Of a stretch of 64,000 bases of DNA, positions 45,064-57,513 are shown in pieces; the stretch's first letter is position 1, and each line of letters begins with the position of its first letter. Location: positions 1,984,001-2,048,000 of the forward strand of contig OZ361259.1 of NCBI GenBank assembly GCA_977018835.1, given 5' to 3'. This stretch comes from Minutocellus sp. GHC0000111. Taxonomy: Eukaryota. The notes below the pieces were generated by a model that was not told the origin of the DNA, did not search any database, and saw only the letters and a list, made by a program, of their open reading frames with translations. The position numbers were made by a program, and so were the translations under genes.

Positions 45064-48000
45064 ATGACGGTTGCATCGACTCGCTTTGATATCTTTCACA
45101 AATTTCCATTGGCTATCGCCTTGGCGGTGGCAGCCACCGCCGCTTCCAATGATTCCACGAACATCGATCATGCACAAAGCCAAGTTGATTGGGTGAAAGC
45201 GAACGGAGGATACTTCAACCCCAAGATTGAATTCCATCATTTGGATCCGGACGATCCCACCTCATCGCCGTCTGGTCTTTTCGTCAATGATGATGTTGCC
45301 AAAGGAGAGGTGCTGATGATAATTCCGCAAAAATGCCTGCTGAGATCCAGTGAAGACGATGCAACGTTGGAAAGCACCTGCGATACCGTTCGCAATTTGG
45401 TGACACAGTACAAGCTCGGTGACAAGAGTGAGTATTGGCCCTACGTTCGGTACATAATGGACGACCGCCATAGAGGTGATTTGCCATCCGAATGGTCGGA
45501 GGAGGGAAAGGAATTGCTGGAGTCGATCATTCCTGCAGAGCTACTTCCTGAATTCAATGCCACTGATGTATCTTTTTTAACGGAGTGTGCGGTTGATCCG
45601 AATGAAGAGGAGGTTGGGCCGCTTCAAGAGTTTGCTCATCTGGCCGTGCTTCGTCGCTCATGGGATGACATCATGGTCCCTCTGCTTGATATGGTGAATC
45701 ACCGCAATGGGCACTGGACAAATGTCGAAAGCAATTCTGCACACGAGGGCAAGGATATTCGTGTCTTTGCTACCCGTGATATTGATGCGGGCGAACAACT
45801 CCACAATTCGTACAACGAATGCACAGATTGTCACGGCTACGCTCACACATACACGCTACCACAAATTATGAGGGACTATGGATTTGTGGAGCAATACCCG
45901 CAGAGATGGAACTTTGATTATTCTTGGCTAATGTTTGAAGTGGATGAGGTCTTTGACGACGATGGCGAGAACACGGGTGGACTGGAAGTAATATGGTTCT
46001 CTGATCCGCCCGAGTTTCACGGCCGTCACTTCTTGCATGGCCAATTGAAGCGTCTTCAGCGAATGTACGACGATGTACTTGCCAAAGCCGCTTTGCTGGA
46101 TTCAAGCCATGAAAAGCGAGTGATTGTCAATTTCTATGATTCGCTATCCACTGCGCTTGATGTTGCCATCATTTCATCTACGGCAATATCTCAAGAGGAA
46201 GAGGAGGAGGAACTATATGCAAGCAATTACACTTGTACTACTGACGAAGATGGCGAAGAAATATGTTCTCTTCCCTCCCAGCCATATGATGACTTGCTTG
46301 AGGCTCCATATCAAGTGCCATACAACTTGGATTTTTGTGACTTTTCGATTGCCCATGATCGAGAGAAGTACTAGGTGGTCGAGGAGTATCAATCACATTA
46401 CCAAAGGTTGACCTATGGATATTCAGAAGACGACGACGACACGTGTCTGTACCTGGATGGTATGTCTTCTGTTGTTGTGAAGTTAAGACACTGACCGCCA
46501 TTACATGTATGAGATCGATTTGAGTTGTTTTCTCACTTTTTGCATTTTACTGATTGTACAAAATCATATCTCTCCGTTCGCAGACCACCTCGAGGCCTGC
46601 TCGAGTGTACGTCCTCACTATCATGAGGTAATGGTCCATTATGCTGCAGGATTTCTCGATCAGGTGAAAAGAGTCATAATTTTGGGAGGAGGTGATAATC
46701 TTCTGATTCATGAGGTGTTGAAATACGAGTCCTTGGAACTTGCAGTCATCCTCGAGCTCGATCAGTTGGTAGTTCGATCTGCGTATCAGCATTTAGGGGC
46801 CCACCCTCACTGGAATGATGACAGAGTCAAGTACTATTTTGGTGATGCTGCCAAGAGTCTTCCTATGCTTCCACGCGAATATTATGGAAACTTCGATATT
46901 GTCTTTATTGATTTACAAACCTGGATCATTGAAATACTCGGTTTAATGGAGATCTCCTCCAAGCTTATAAATCCGAACGGGTTCATAATGAGAAATGAGG
47001 ATGGTGGCTTTGGTACAAACGATGCATTCGCGCGACATTTGGTCGATATATACACCCCAAATATTCCAGCGTGGTGCGCCCAGGGTGTTACGATGGGCTC
47101 GAACAACGTCGACGTCTTCAATCGTCGATGGAAGCCTCATGAGAATATCAGCAACCTCTTTTTCCGGCCCGAAGAAGAGACGAGTCATTTCTACAATTGG
47201 TACAGTTATAGAAAGAATGATGATGTTTGCAGGGAGAGTGACAGGGAAATGGACAATAGTTCAAGTACATCTATGCTTGACAAAGAAGCTCACAGCGCAT
47301 CGGGAATTCTAATGATTATCGAGGCAGAAGATATTGGTATTTCACTTGAACATTCTTCATCAGAAAAATCAATTCTCAGCGGAGCTCTTGAAAAGGTAGG
47401 CTTCGATGAAGTGTCTACCAGAGAATTTCCTTCTGATCCCAAAGACTTTAGCAGTGGCTCCGATTATACCCTCGTTCATGTCATGAGTGAAGGATATGTC
47501 GTTGCTCGTATATCTCCCAAACACAAGTACGCCGCTTTGGATTTGATGCTTTGGGGTCGATTTGATAGGCAGGAAACCGCAAAAAGTCACATTGTTGACG
47601 CGTTTGAGATTGGTGACAATAGAGAGAAAACTAATCTCGTATCCTCGTACCGCATTGTCACAGGAGGAATGATCGGCGCAAGTAGTTGGGATGAAGATCG
47701 AGGAAAGCTTGGTCCACCGCCAGAAAGGTTGAACCCTTGTGCCCCTGAACAAAACAGTCCAGAGCCAAAAGATGGAGCCGTTGCACAAGAGGATATCGAC
47801 GTTGTACTCGATGAAAGCCTTGCTTTAATTCGAGACATAGATGCCGAGGCTCTTGTAGTTGTAGTCTGCGGAGAGAGATCACTTTCTCCCTCGTGCAATG
47901 CCAAGAATATTATCGGAAAAGACCAAGGGTTTGAGGTTGCTACAATCGTTACCTGCCCGAATCTTTCGGACGATAATGACCCTATTGACTCGTCGCTATT

Positions 48001-48940
48001 GTATGCCTGTGAAATGGATACTCTCGAAACTCTAAGGGAAGTTGTGGAAGCTGAAAACAAAAGTATTGGTGGCATAGTCATTGACCAAGGTGTTCCGCAT
48101 GCCATGGGTCAAGTGCTGAACAAGATTTTCAGCGATGTGTTTGAACGGAACGAGTTATTGCAGACAGACTTTTCTGTTGTAGCGATTGCGCCCGTCGAAT
48201 CAAATGAGGACCTTCCTTGGAAATGGCGAAGAGCATTTGTTGAACGCTTCCGAACGAAATTCGTTCAAATTGGTCCAGCCTTCAGTGCAGACATGAGCTT
48301 TGACAACAGCGATGGTAGCAGCAAAGTGGTTCTTGATATGTTTTATACGGCCGACAACAAGGAGTTTTACCCGTTCCTCGATGGTATTGTTAAGCGCATT
48401 GAAGCCGAGACGAAACTTTCCGCCGACATCAAATACATTCAGAATGGTGTGAATCCATATTTGGCTGAGTTTGAAGCAGAAGAAGTCTTCACAGATAGCC
48501 AATACCGAGAAATTCAGGCTGCTCTTTTTACGAAGAATGAATCCGTGCCAAGAGAAGAGTTCCTTTTTGGTGGTCAAACTATCTTTCAATTCGTTGTTGC
48601 AGATGAAAATGTGGGAGCTAGTATGAGACTGTCATGCTCACGAGTACGAGATGCTGTGAGAAGGACACTGAGGTTGATTCGTGGTGGCAGCGCTTCTGAG
48701 GAGGTCGACACTGTGGTTCATGACGAACTTGGAGAAGGGTGCATCGTTATTTCTGCGTGGAGTTCTGGCAATGCTGTACTGCTTTGGAATGGAGATCGGA
48801 GCTTAGACGTTAATCTATTCATGCGAGGAGGTGAAACTATGAGCATTCATGATGAATTTGGCGCGTACATGAAAAAGTACATTCCGTCTCTCCAGATTGT
48901 GCTTCGAGACGATCAACCAAGAGGGGTTGGTGCTTCGTAG
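45064..48940 (+). CDS. Signal peptide-SET domain-aminopropyltransferase-degenerate AdoMetDC fusion; join(45064..46459,46584..48940); in-frame TAG at 46372-46374
   Basis: SET: MVPLLDMVNH, IDAGEQLHNSY, YGFVEQYPQRW; APT: DTCLYLD|DHLEAC..RPHYHE, KRVIILGGGD, VILELDQ; AdoMetDC-like: VMSEGYVVARISPKHKYAALDL and WNGDRSLDVNLF..RDDQPRG. Confidence 0.88.
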
Positions 48941-49194
48941 AGTACGCACGGACCATTAGGCACTTGAAAACTGTACATTATTAGAGTACCACTTAGTCTC
49001 AAGAAATAAAATATGTCCGGAAATAATAATTGCAGCAGAGAAATGAGATGACACACAACACTCGAGGCCAGGCAGCACAGTGGCAACTCCACGATCCTAG
49101 CTACGAGTTCGTAGTATTGGATAATCGCCGCTGGGGAGCAGATTCCGCTTTCGGCAGCGCATCACCACAAGATGCAGTAACCACCGCCATTAGG

Positions 49195-50111
49195 ATGTCA
49201 TTGCTCCCAGTCAAAACAAACAGAGATGAGTGGATGGCAAAGGCCGAGGAGCTCCACAATCGAACCAAAAAGAGACTGCCTTTCGTCAAAGCGTCTCCCC
49301 TTCTAAACGTGAGGCACGAGGCATCGCTTTACACTCAGGCTTCACAGGCCTATGAAATATGTGGCAATGTTCTATCTTCTGCCCAATGCAAGAAGAGAGC
49401 AGCTTACATTTTGGGCCGCCAACTGCGCCCTCCAGACCAAGCAGCATTGTTGTATCACGAGGCAGCAAGTGCATTGCACACCAAGGTGAAATCGGCAATA
49501 TCGGAGGCAGAACGGCTGTACGATCTAGCGCTCACCGAATACTGCGAAACTGGTCGCTACTATCTTGCTGGAAAGGTAGAGGAGCAGAGGGCAAGTATGC
49601 GGCAGGCAAGGGGAAATGTGGACGGTGCAATTAAAGCCTATGAGAGCGCATCTATCTACTACAGAGCACATGGGAGGATCAATCAAGCCAAACAAGTTGA
49701 TGAAGTTCGGGCGCATTTATTGGGGGCAATGCCTTCTCGGTATAAAGAAGCAACTCTCATCTATGTGGAGTTGGGCAAATCAAAGAGCATGGGAAATCTA
49801 ACAAAGACAGACTGCTGCAGCAAATTTTTTAAGGCTGGACTCCTTCTGCTCGCAAGTGGATGTTCTCAATCGGCAATGGAAGAGAAATTGCGAGAGATGT
49901 ACTCAGATAGCACCGCCACCCTTCAATCCTTTGACCAATCACCTCAATTTCTACCTAGGTACATCTTCAGAACATTGCGGCCTGCACTGAGACTAAAGAT
50001 CTCGATCGCTTCGCCGACCACATCTATTTCTATGATACCGTTGATCCACCACTTGATCCATGGTCTCTCAATCTACTCGAGGTCGTAATGAAGAGAATTC
50101 AAACGAAATAA
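49195..50111 (+). CDS. Divergent alpha-SNAP-like protein, frame broken by an 8-bp palindromic insert at 49952-49961
   Basis: EWMAKAEE, EASLYTQASQAY, GAIKAYESASIYY, FFKAGLLLLA; C-terminus DLDRFADHIYFYDTVDPPLDPWSLNLL..KRI in the shifted frame. Confidence 0.75.
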
Positions 50112-50160
50112 AGGTAAACCCTTTTGTTGTATTGGAGTTTTACATTCTTTATTCATGTAT

Positions 50161-52476
50161 CTACCAACCAGCCTTGGTTGAGCCGCCATTCACTCCGTGC
50201 TTCATCTTGAATCTGCGGGAATACTGGCCTCTCGCATGCTTCTGCTTCCACCTATTCCTTCCCGCCGTACTACGGCCAGTACCATCGGCGGAATCCAAAA
50301 AGACCTTTGGTTTCTTCGCGTCTTTTTCGCCGCTTGCGTCTCCTCCTGCTTCATCTGGTCCAGCTTCGTCACCGATAATTCCATCGAGGGTAACATCGCC
50401 GCCCTCAAAGGATTGGAGAGGGTCATTGTCCGTTCGGCGCGACCCAGATCGGTTCGATGACCTCGCCCGGCGCCTCTTTTTGCGCTTGTTCATCTCGGCA
50501 ACCTGCATACCACGGGGAAGCATATACTTTGGAACGTGCTTCAGATGATCCTGGACCTTGGATACGTGGGTAGCCACTCGGTCGTGACGGAGCAACTGCA
50601 AATCGGCGGGATTGTCCGCGAAGTGATTCTGCAGGCGCTCAGAGTTGAGAATCTCAGCCCGCAGCTCGGCTGCGCGAGTTTCTTTCACTGCAATTTTGGT
50701 CACAGCTCGACCAACATCTTCCACCCTATAACGGAAACCTTCAATCTCTCGTAGGTCAAAATCGAGAGGGGTGGGTTGCAACTGAACCTGCGGTCCAGTA
50801 CCAGAATCATCGGTGCCAATATTGTCATCTTCCGTCGCGTTCGAAGGTCTCAACTCATTATCAGGCGCAACCGGGGCAGCGGCAAGTGGTAGTGGAGGCT
50901 GGGCCTCTTGAACAACTGCGAGCATATTGTTTTGGGCGGCAGATTCATTCTCAACAAAGGAAAGGGCAACTCCCTTGGCTCCACCTCTTGCCGTTCGACC
51001 AATCCTATGAGTGTAGGACTTATTCGATAGGGGAAAGTCAAAGTTGACTACAAACGATACACCTCGGAAATCCAAGCCACGGGCAACGCCATATTCTGAA
51101 TCTTTCTTCTTTCCCTTGGGCTTGGACGCACTGCTCTTCTTCTTCTTGGACTTTTTCTTCTTGGATTTTTTAGCGTCGTCGTCTCCATCATCATCACCAC
51201 CATCATCTTCAGCGTCCATCGTTTCGTCTTCGCTATCGCTTTCGTCGCTGTCTTCCCCTTCCTCCTCCTTGCCAACTCCGGCATCAGTACTCTCGTCCGT
51301 TGCAATGAGATAGTCGAAATTGCCTGCATTGTACTGCTCAATGATGTTGAGACGACTGCGAAGAGGAAGCTCGGCATTGAGAACGGCACTTCGAATATGG
51401 AATTGTTCCAGAAATAGCTTCAGACGATATCCTGCATCGGTGGTATTGACAAAGAACAAACCCTTGCCCTTGAGGAGGCCCAGCTTCAAGAAGACATAGA
51501 CCACCAAGTTCTTGTCCTTCTTGGGAAGATTGAGGTAAAACTGCGAAAGTTGTCCTTCCTTCTTACCAGCCTTGCGTTCATCTTCCTCCTCAAGCTTGAG
51601 GATCGCAGGAGAATGCAACACAACTCGCTTCAACGAATTAAGTTCTGGAGATAACGTCGCACTCATGAGGAATCCCTGGCAAATCTTGGGCAGCGCTTTG
51701 ACAATCTCGGCAATATCACCAGCATAACCTATGGAATAGAACAGAAGGAAATCAAGAGAAAAAGTTATACTTTGTGAGTGCAAATAATGATTCCACAAAG
51801 GCCACTTCTCAACAAGCACCATCACTTCAACATATATACCCAGCAGCGCAGCCAACTCACCATATGATAGAACAAGGTCAGCCTCATCAACAACCAAGCT
51901 CTGCACTGACTTCTTCAACACCAAAGCTCCAGAACGGATATGGGTGAGCAGACCTGCTGGAGTTGAAACGACAACATCTGGTCGATCTCGAAGCATTGCC
52001 TCCTGCTTGGCCAGTTCCTTTTTGCTCTCCTTCTTCTTTCCCTGACCGCCACCGCCGGCGGCGGACAAGACGACACTGGAAACAACATCATCGCAGTAGT
52101 AGGTAAGCTCCGTCAACGTTTTCTGTACCTGACTGCAGAGCTCTCTCGTGGGGACCAAGACGACGGCTCGGACAAAGTGATCGTCTCCGTCTTCGTCATC
52201 ATCTTCGCTACCCATAGTTCCAGCGCCATCACCAGACTTGAGCGACAAAATCTTGTGCAACAATGGAAGGCAGTAGGCCAGAGTCTTGCCGCTGCCGGTC
52301 CGAGCTCGGACCAGCAGATCGCGGCCGGACGTGACGGCAAGGGGGAGGGATCGCGATTGGACGAGAGTGGGCCTGACGCAGCCGAGACGGCTTAGCGCCT
52401 TGCGCAGCCGCACGTCCAGGCCGACCGTCGTGCACAGCGTCGCGAACGTGTCGGACGGATCGAGGATATCGCTCAT
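50161..52476 (-). CDS. DDX56: DEAD-box helicase DDX56/Dbp9; complement(join(50161..51728,51861..52476))
   Basis: PTLVQ, ARTGSGKT, PTREL, DEADLVLSYG, SAT, YRLKLFLEQF, EYGVARGLDF, HRIGRTAR, EGFRYR; 132-nt stop-free intron. Confidence 0.95.
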   Translation of the reverse strand: MSDILDPSDTFATLCTTVGLDVRLRKALSRLGCVRPTLVQSRSLPLAVTSGRDLLVRARTGSGKTLAYCLPLLHKILSLKSGDGAGTMGSEDDDEDGDDHFVRAVVLVPTRELCSQVQKTLTELTYYCDDVVSSVVLSAAGGGGQGKKKESKKELAKQEAMLRDRPDVVVSTPAGLLTHIRSGALVLKKSVQSLVVDEADLVLSYGELAALLGIYVEVMVLVEKWPLWNHYLHSQSITFSLDFLLFYSIGYAGDIAEIVKALPKICQGFLMSATLSPELNSLKRVVLHSPAILKLEEEDERKAGKKEGQLSQFYLNLPKKDKNLVVYVFLKLGLLKGKGLFFVNTTDAGYRLKLFLEQFHIRSAVLNAELPLRSRLNIIEQYNAGNFDYLIATDESTDAGVGKEEEGEDSDESDSEDETMDAEDDGGDDDGDDDAKKSKKKKSKKKKSSASKPKGKKKDSEYGVARGLDFRGVSFVVNFDFPLSNKSYTHRIGRTARGGAKGVALSFVENESAAQNNMLAVVQEAQPPLPLAAAPVAPDNELRPSNATEDDNIGTDDSGTGPQVQLQPTPLDFDLREIEGFRYRVEDVGRAVTKIAVKETRAAELRAEILNSERLQNHFADNPADLQLLRHDRVATHVSKVQDHLKHVPKYMLPRGMQVAEMNKRKKRRRARSSNRSGSRRTDNDPLQSFEGGDVTLDGIIGDEAGPDEAGGDASGEKDAKKPKVFLDSADGTGRSTAGRNRWKQKHARGQYSRRFKMKHGVNGGSTKAGW

Positions 52477-52848
52477 GATTGGGGGAAAGTAATGACTGAG
52501 GCCTGGCCCAATGGCGTTCCAAGCAAAATCTGCAATGTGATCTGGGTTCGGTGGTGCTCGACAGCCCAGCAAAACAGACGAAGGAAAGACGTTATCATGA
52601 GAATTCGGTGCGGGGCATAAATGTTTCGCTGTTGCTGGCGAGGATTGAATCTTGCATTCGCCCTTGGACCCCTTCAGCATTATTGGAACGCCTGCGAAGA
52701 ATAGATCTTCGCGGCCATCTTCGCCCCCTCTTGTGCTGCCTGCTCCGGCTCACGATCGCCAAGAAGGGAGTTGTGCTGCATTATTTTCTCATTTGCGACG
52801 CACTCTGATTCGCATTTCTTGTATCGACGATAAGTCAAAGTAAGCAAC

Positions 52849-54168
52849 ATGAAGAAGAAGATAATAAGAAATCCTTTCCACACTGCTCGAGATGCAACGA
52901 AGCGACCAACGGGGAAACGTAACGCGCCGGCTTCATCAGCAACAAATGGGCATTCAACAGTGGCAAATGAAACAAGTGGCTTGCTTCCACTTGGATCGAC
53001 AGAGAGTGGCCTGACCGCCGAGTTCGTCAACCCCGCCTCAACGCCTACTGCAATTCTGAAATGCGTTGCCTGCATTGTCCTGTACCTTTGCTTGGCAGTC
53101 CTTGCCTTCTCGGTCGTCTTTGAATCCTGGAGCATCACAGACGCCCTCTACTACGCTGTGGTCACATTCACAACAATCGGGTGAGTGAATGATAATGTGC
53201 TTCGGAAGTAATTTCTGATGGCAGCAGATGTGTGAATTGTAGGCACGAGGTCACTATTTCTCACATTCACAATACTTTATGCTCGCCTTGCTTTATGATC
53301 CCTCTACACCATCTAAATGTACTCAAGATATGGAGATTTGAGTCCATCTACCACACCCGGAAAGATATTTGCCATCATGTTTTCACTTTTTGGTGTGGCC
53401 ATTGTCGGCGTCGCACTTGGAATTGTCGGCGAAATGGTTGTTGAAGCTCAGGAAGAGGCCGCCCACAAATTGAAGGAGGAAGGGAAGAAACGAGTGATGG
53501 CAATGGTCAAGAATAACAAGATGAAGGGAAATGAATCAGATGATATTAGACCAAATGGCGACATTGAGGAAGAGAAGTCGCTTTGGGAAGATCTTGTCGG
53601 ATTGATCAAGGCTGATGGTGCTTTGCTCGTTCTCATTGTTTTATGTGCCGTTGGCATTGGTCATTTCGAGGGATGGGATCTCATCGATTCCCTTTACTAC
53701 TGTGCTATTACAACCACAACAATTGGCGACGGCGACTTATCACCACATGGGGAAGGAACGCGACTGTTTGCAGTAGTACTTCTTCCTTTGGCTGTCGTCG
53801 TTCTAGGCAAGGTACTGGGAGGAGTAGCAAGTGTATACATAGACCGCAAGACGAGGAAGGCAGAGAAAGAATTCCTCAGCCGGGAACTCACGATGGAAGA
53901 TTTGGCAGTAATGGACGAAGATGGAGATGGCAGCGTGCAAATGGGTGAATTTCTGTCTTTCATGCTTGTTGCTATGCAAAAGGTATCTGCCGAAGAAATC
54001 GAAGAGCTTAAGGAATTGTTTCGGACACTAGATGCCGACGGAGGAGGGACTCTACAGAAAGAAGATTTGATGATTCTGGCAAAACGAAAATCTGACCAGA
54101 ATATCGGCGCTGATATGGCATATGCTGTTGTAGGACAATTGACCCCAATTGGACCGTGTCGATGTTAG
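52849..54168 (+). CDS. Two-pore K+ channel (TPK type) with EF-hands; join(52849..53180,53328..54168)
   Basis: Four TM segments; P1 TTIG|YGD across the intron; P2 TTIGDGD; EF-hands DEDGDGSVQMGE and DADGGGTLQKED. Confidence 0.9.
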
Positions 54169-54220
54169 ATTCTCGTACTTTTTCATTATTAATTTACATT
54201 TTCCAATACTGGAAGTGCTA

Positions 54221-55250
<1,030 letters not shown>

Positions 55251-55766
55251 ACTGAATAATAGTCAGGAATAGACAAAGAGGGCGATAACAGAGGACAATT
55301 GCCTTGGATATTATGAACCAATTCCAAGGAACAAACCGCCATTGAGTTGGCGGATTGGCGGGCAACCAGAACACGTCACTGACCTCCTACGTAAACATGA
55401 CGAAACCATGACGATACGAAAAGCCGCTCGTCCGTCCGCTGTACGACATGAGTGTGGGAAAAAATGGGTGGAAAAATGCCATTCGCTTGCTTGCTGGGAC
55501 GGGAATGGACTGAGCGGCGGCGGCGGCCTGGCTGGTTATTGTTGTCTATCGACGGTCCGAGAGTTGACCTAGCTACTATCAAGGACGTAGCTAGTAGCGG
55601 CTGGTATTTTGGCTGAGGCAGTTGTGGCGCTGCGCATGGGTTCCTGCAATCGCAATCGCAAAGCAAGCACAACTCTTCATTTTTCCAACGCACGCCGGGC
55701 GGGAACCAGGACAGGACTCGGACTCGACTACGAGTAGTTAACATTCCAACAAGAAGAACAACAAAG

Positions 55767-56240
55767 ATGACATATCGCTCCCGAGGACGATCAACGATCG
55801 AAATTATAGTGGCCGTTACATTCGTAGGATTTCTGACAGGGTTCGTCGTGGTCCTATGCATTGGCAATTACTTTCGAGCGAAGCGGGCACAAGAAAGGCA
55901 GCGTCAACGGCGAATGGAAAAGGTGAATGGGGGTTATCACTACTATTCTCCTGATTCGCCACGTTCGGAGTATTCGGCGGCGTCATCGGCCTATACGGAC
56001 GAGGGTCCCGAGCGACAACATTTGCTATCGCTCCATCAGAGGAAGCATGTTCTGAGCTCAAACAACAACAATAGCGGTGGGGGCGGTTTGTATCGCACGC
56101 AGCATTTGAATCCTCAATATCGCGCCTCGAAAGGGGGAGGCGCACACGATTCGGATGCCGGCGAGACAGCTGATCTGTTGATGATACCCGAAGAAAACGA
56201 CACAAGGAATGGCCCTTCGTTGGATGTAATGAGTGTGTGA
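55767..56240 (+). CDS. Small single-pass membrane protein, unknown function
   Basis: ATG-started ORF with TM segment IIVAVTFVGFLTGFVVVLCIG followed by a basic stretch. Confidence 0.5.
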   Translation: MTYRSRGRSTIEIIVAVTFVGFLTGFVVVLCIGNYFRAKRAQERQRQRRMEKVNGGYHYYSPDSPRSEYSAASSAYTDEGPERQHLLSLHQRKHVLSSNNNNSGGGGLYRTQHLNPQYRASKGGGAHDSDAGETADLLMIPEENDTRNGPSLDVMSV

Positions 56241-56388
56241 CGAGATTCATACATGCTTTTTGTGTTTGGGGTTGACAGATTGAAAATGCTTTTTGAGTCA
56301 AACACTTGGGTTGATTGGGTTGCGAAGGGGCGATACAAAATATTCTGTCGAACCCATCCAAGCTTATCCTACATAGCAAAATTTCTTT

Positions 56389-57234
56389 CTATTCTGATTT
56401 AATATCTTCTGCAACCGCTGCCGGCTCAGCAGCAACTACCTTTGTTGGTTGTCCAATCAATTCAAACTTATCTCCGACCTTGGCAGTGATAACTCTGTTC
56501 ATCATTCCAAAGAACGAATTGACCGCCTTCTTCGCTGCCTCGTATGATTTGAGCGCATCCTCCTTGCTCTTTGCCGCTCTCATATCCGCAATGTCCAGAT
56601 ATACCTCGTTGATGTACCACCGCGCAAGAAAGAGCTCATTGGTGGTGCCGGTATTCTCACTCGCCAGGAAATTGTTGGCGAGAAGACCCATTGGTCTCAA
56701 ATAGTATTCTGGCGCATCGGGTGGAAGAATTTTGGTGCCGAACTCTTCAACAGGCGTCGAGTTGATGACATCGCCCAAGGCCTCCACGGCCTTGGCACCC
56801 CGAACGACTTTTTCGCCATACTTTTTGAGAGCATCGTATCGCTGCTGAGAGAGGACAAATGGCATTTGCTTCGGGAATGATGTATCTCCCGGTTCAATCC
56901 ATGGACTCGCGGTTCCGAATTTGAAGTACGTGTCCTGACCAAATAGAACGTTGCTATTATCAAACTTTCTTGAAGCAGAAGCCTCCGGATTTCCCACCCG
57001 TGGTCCCAGCTCTCGGTCGACCAGCGTTCCTCCGGGGGTGAACTGACTCTCGGCCGAGGCTGATTGGATGGGCAGAAGAATGGCCGAGGCAGCCGCTGCT
57101 GCGTTGTTGAGCACATCTCTTCGTGAGGTAAAGAGTGCTGTCTCACCGACACGTCCTACGCGAACGTCGGCAGGAGCAAAGGCATGAGATGCCAACGGAG
57201 AGGCTAGAAGCAGAGCAGATACGGCGAACATCAT
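56389..57234 (-). CDS. Thylakoid-lumen protein (tripartite targeting), possibly PsbQ-like helical bundle
   Basis: Signal ending SHA-FAP, twin-arginine SRRDVL, hydrophobic stretch, ASA cleavage site; helical C-terminus. Confidence 0.65.
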   Translation of the reverse strand: MMFAVSALLLASPLASHAFAPADVRVGRVGETALFTSRRDVLNNAAAAASAILLPIQSASAESQFTPGGTLVDRELGPRVGNPEASASRKFDNSNVLFGQDTYFKFGTASPWIEPGDTSFPKQMPFVLSQQRYDALKKYGEKVVRGAKAVEALGDVINSTPVEEFGTKILPPDAPEYYLRPMGLLANNFLASENTGTTNELFLARWYINEVYLDIADMRAAKSKEDALKSYEAAKKAVNSFFGMMNRVITAKVGDKFELIGQPTKVVAAEPAAVAEDIKSE

Positions 57235-57513
57235 GGTTGGCCTTGTTTTATGACAAGGGCGGGCAATGGCCACAACGCCACAACGTCAGTGGACCGTTCT
57301 GTCATCTTTGCATCATTCAGAAAACGTGTTGTCAAGTCGCAAAACGAGAGAGCGAAGATGCGGTGATAATGATGAGGCAGATACGGCAGATACCACTTCA
57401 ATTAGCAACTTCAATTGCGGACTGGCCTGTTTTTTATCTCGCTGTGATCAAGCCATCTGCTCGCTCCTTTTGTGAAGGTATCTCTTTTCTTCCGACAACA
57501 ATAGGATTGTGAA

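Noticed and set aside
14239..46374. Stop-codon reassignment as the cause of the in-frame TAG/TGA codons
   Set aside because: TAA, TAG and TGA all end intact genes here, and TAG-G is also the true stop context of SLBP and ARC5; three cases are too few
51729..51860. Apparent hydrophobic insertions in DDX56 (and ARC5 61451-61555)
   Set aside because: Stop-free 3n GT-AG introns read through by the ORF finder
1347..52476. Functional cluster of RNA-metabolism genes (GNL3, SLBP, SNU13, capping-like, CCDC25, HAT, helicase, DDX56)
   Set aside because: Interspersed with unrelated genes; the category is large, so enrichment cannot be claimed without a test
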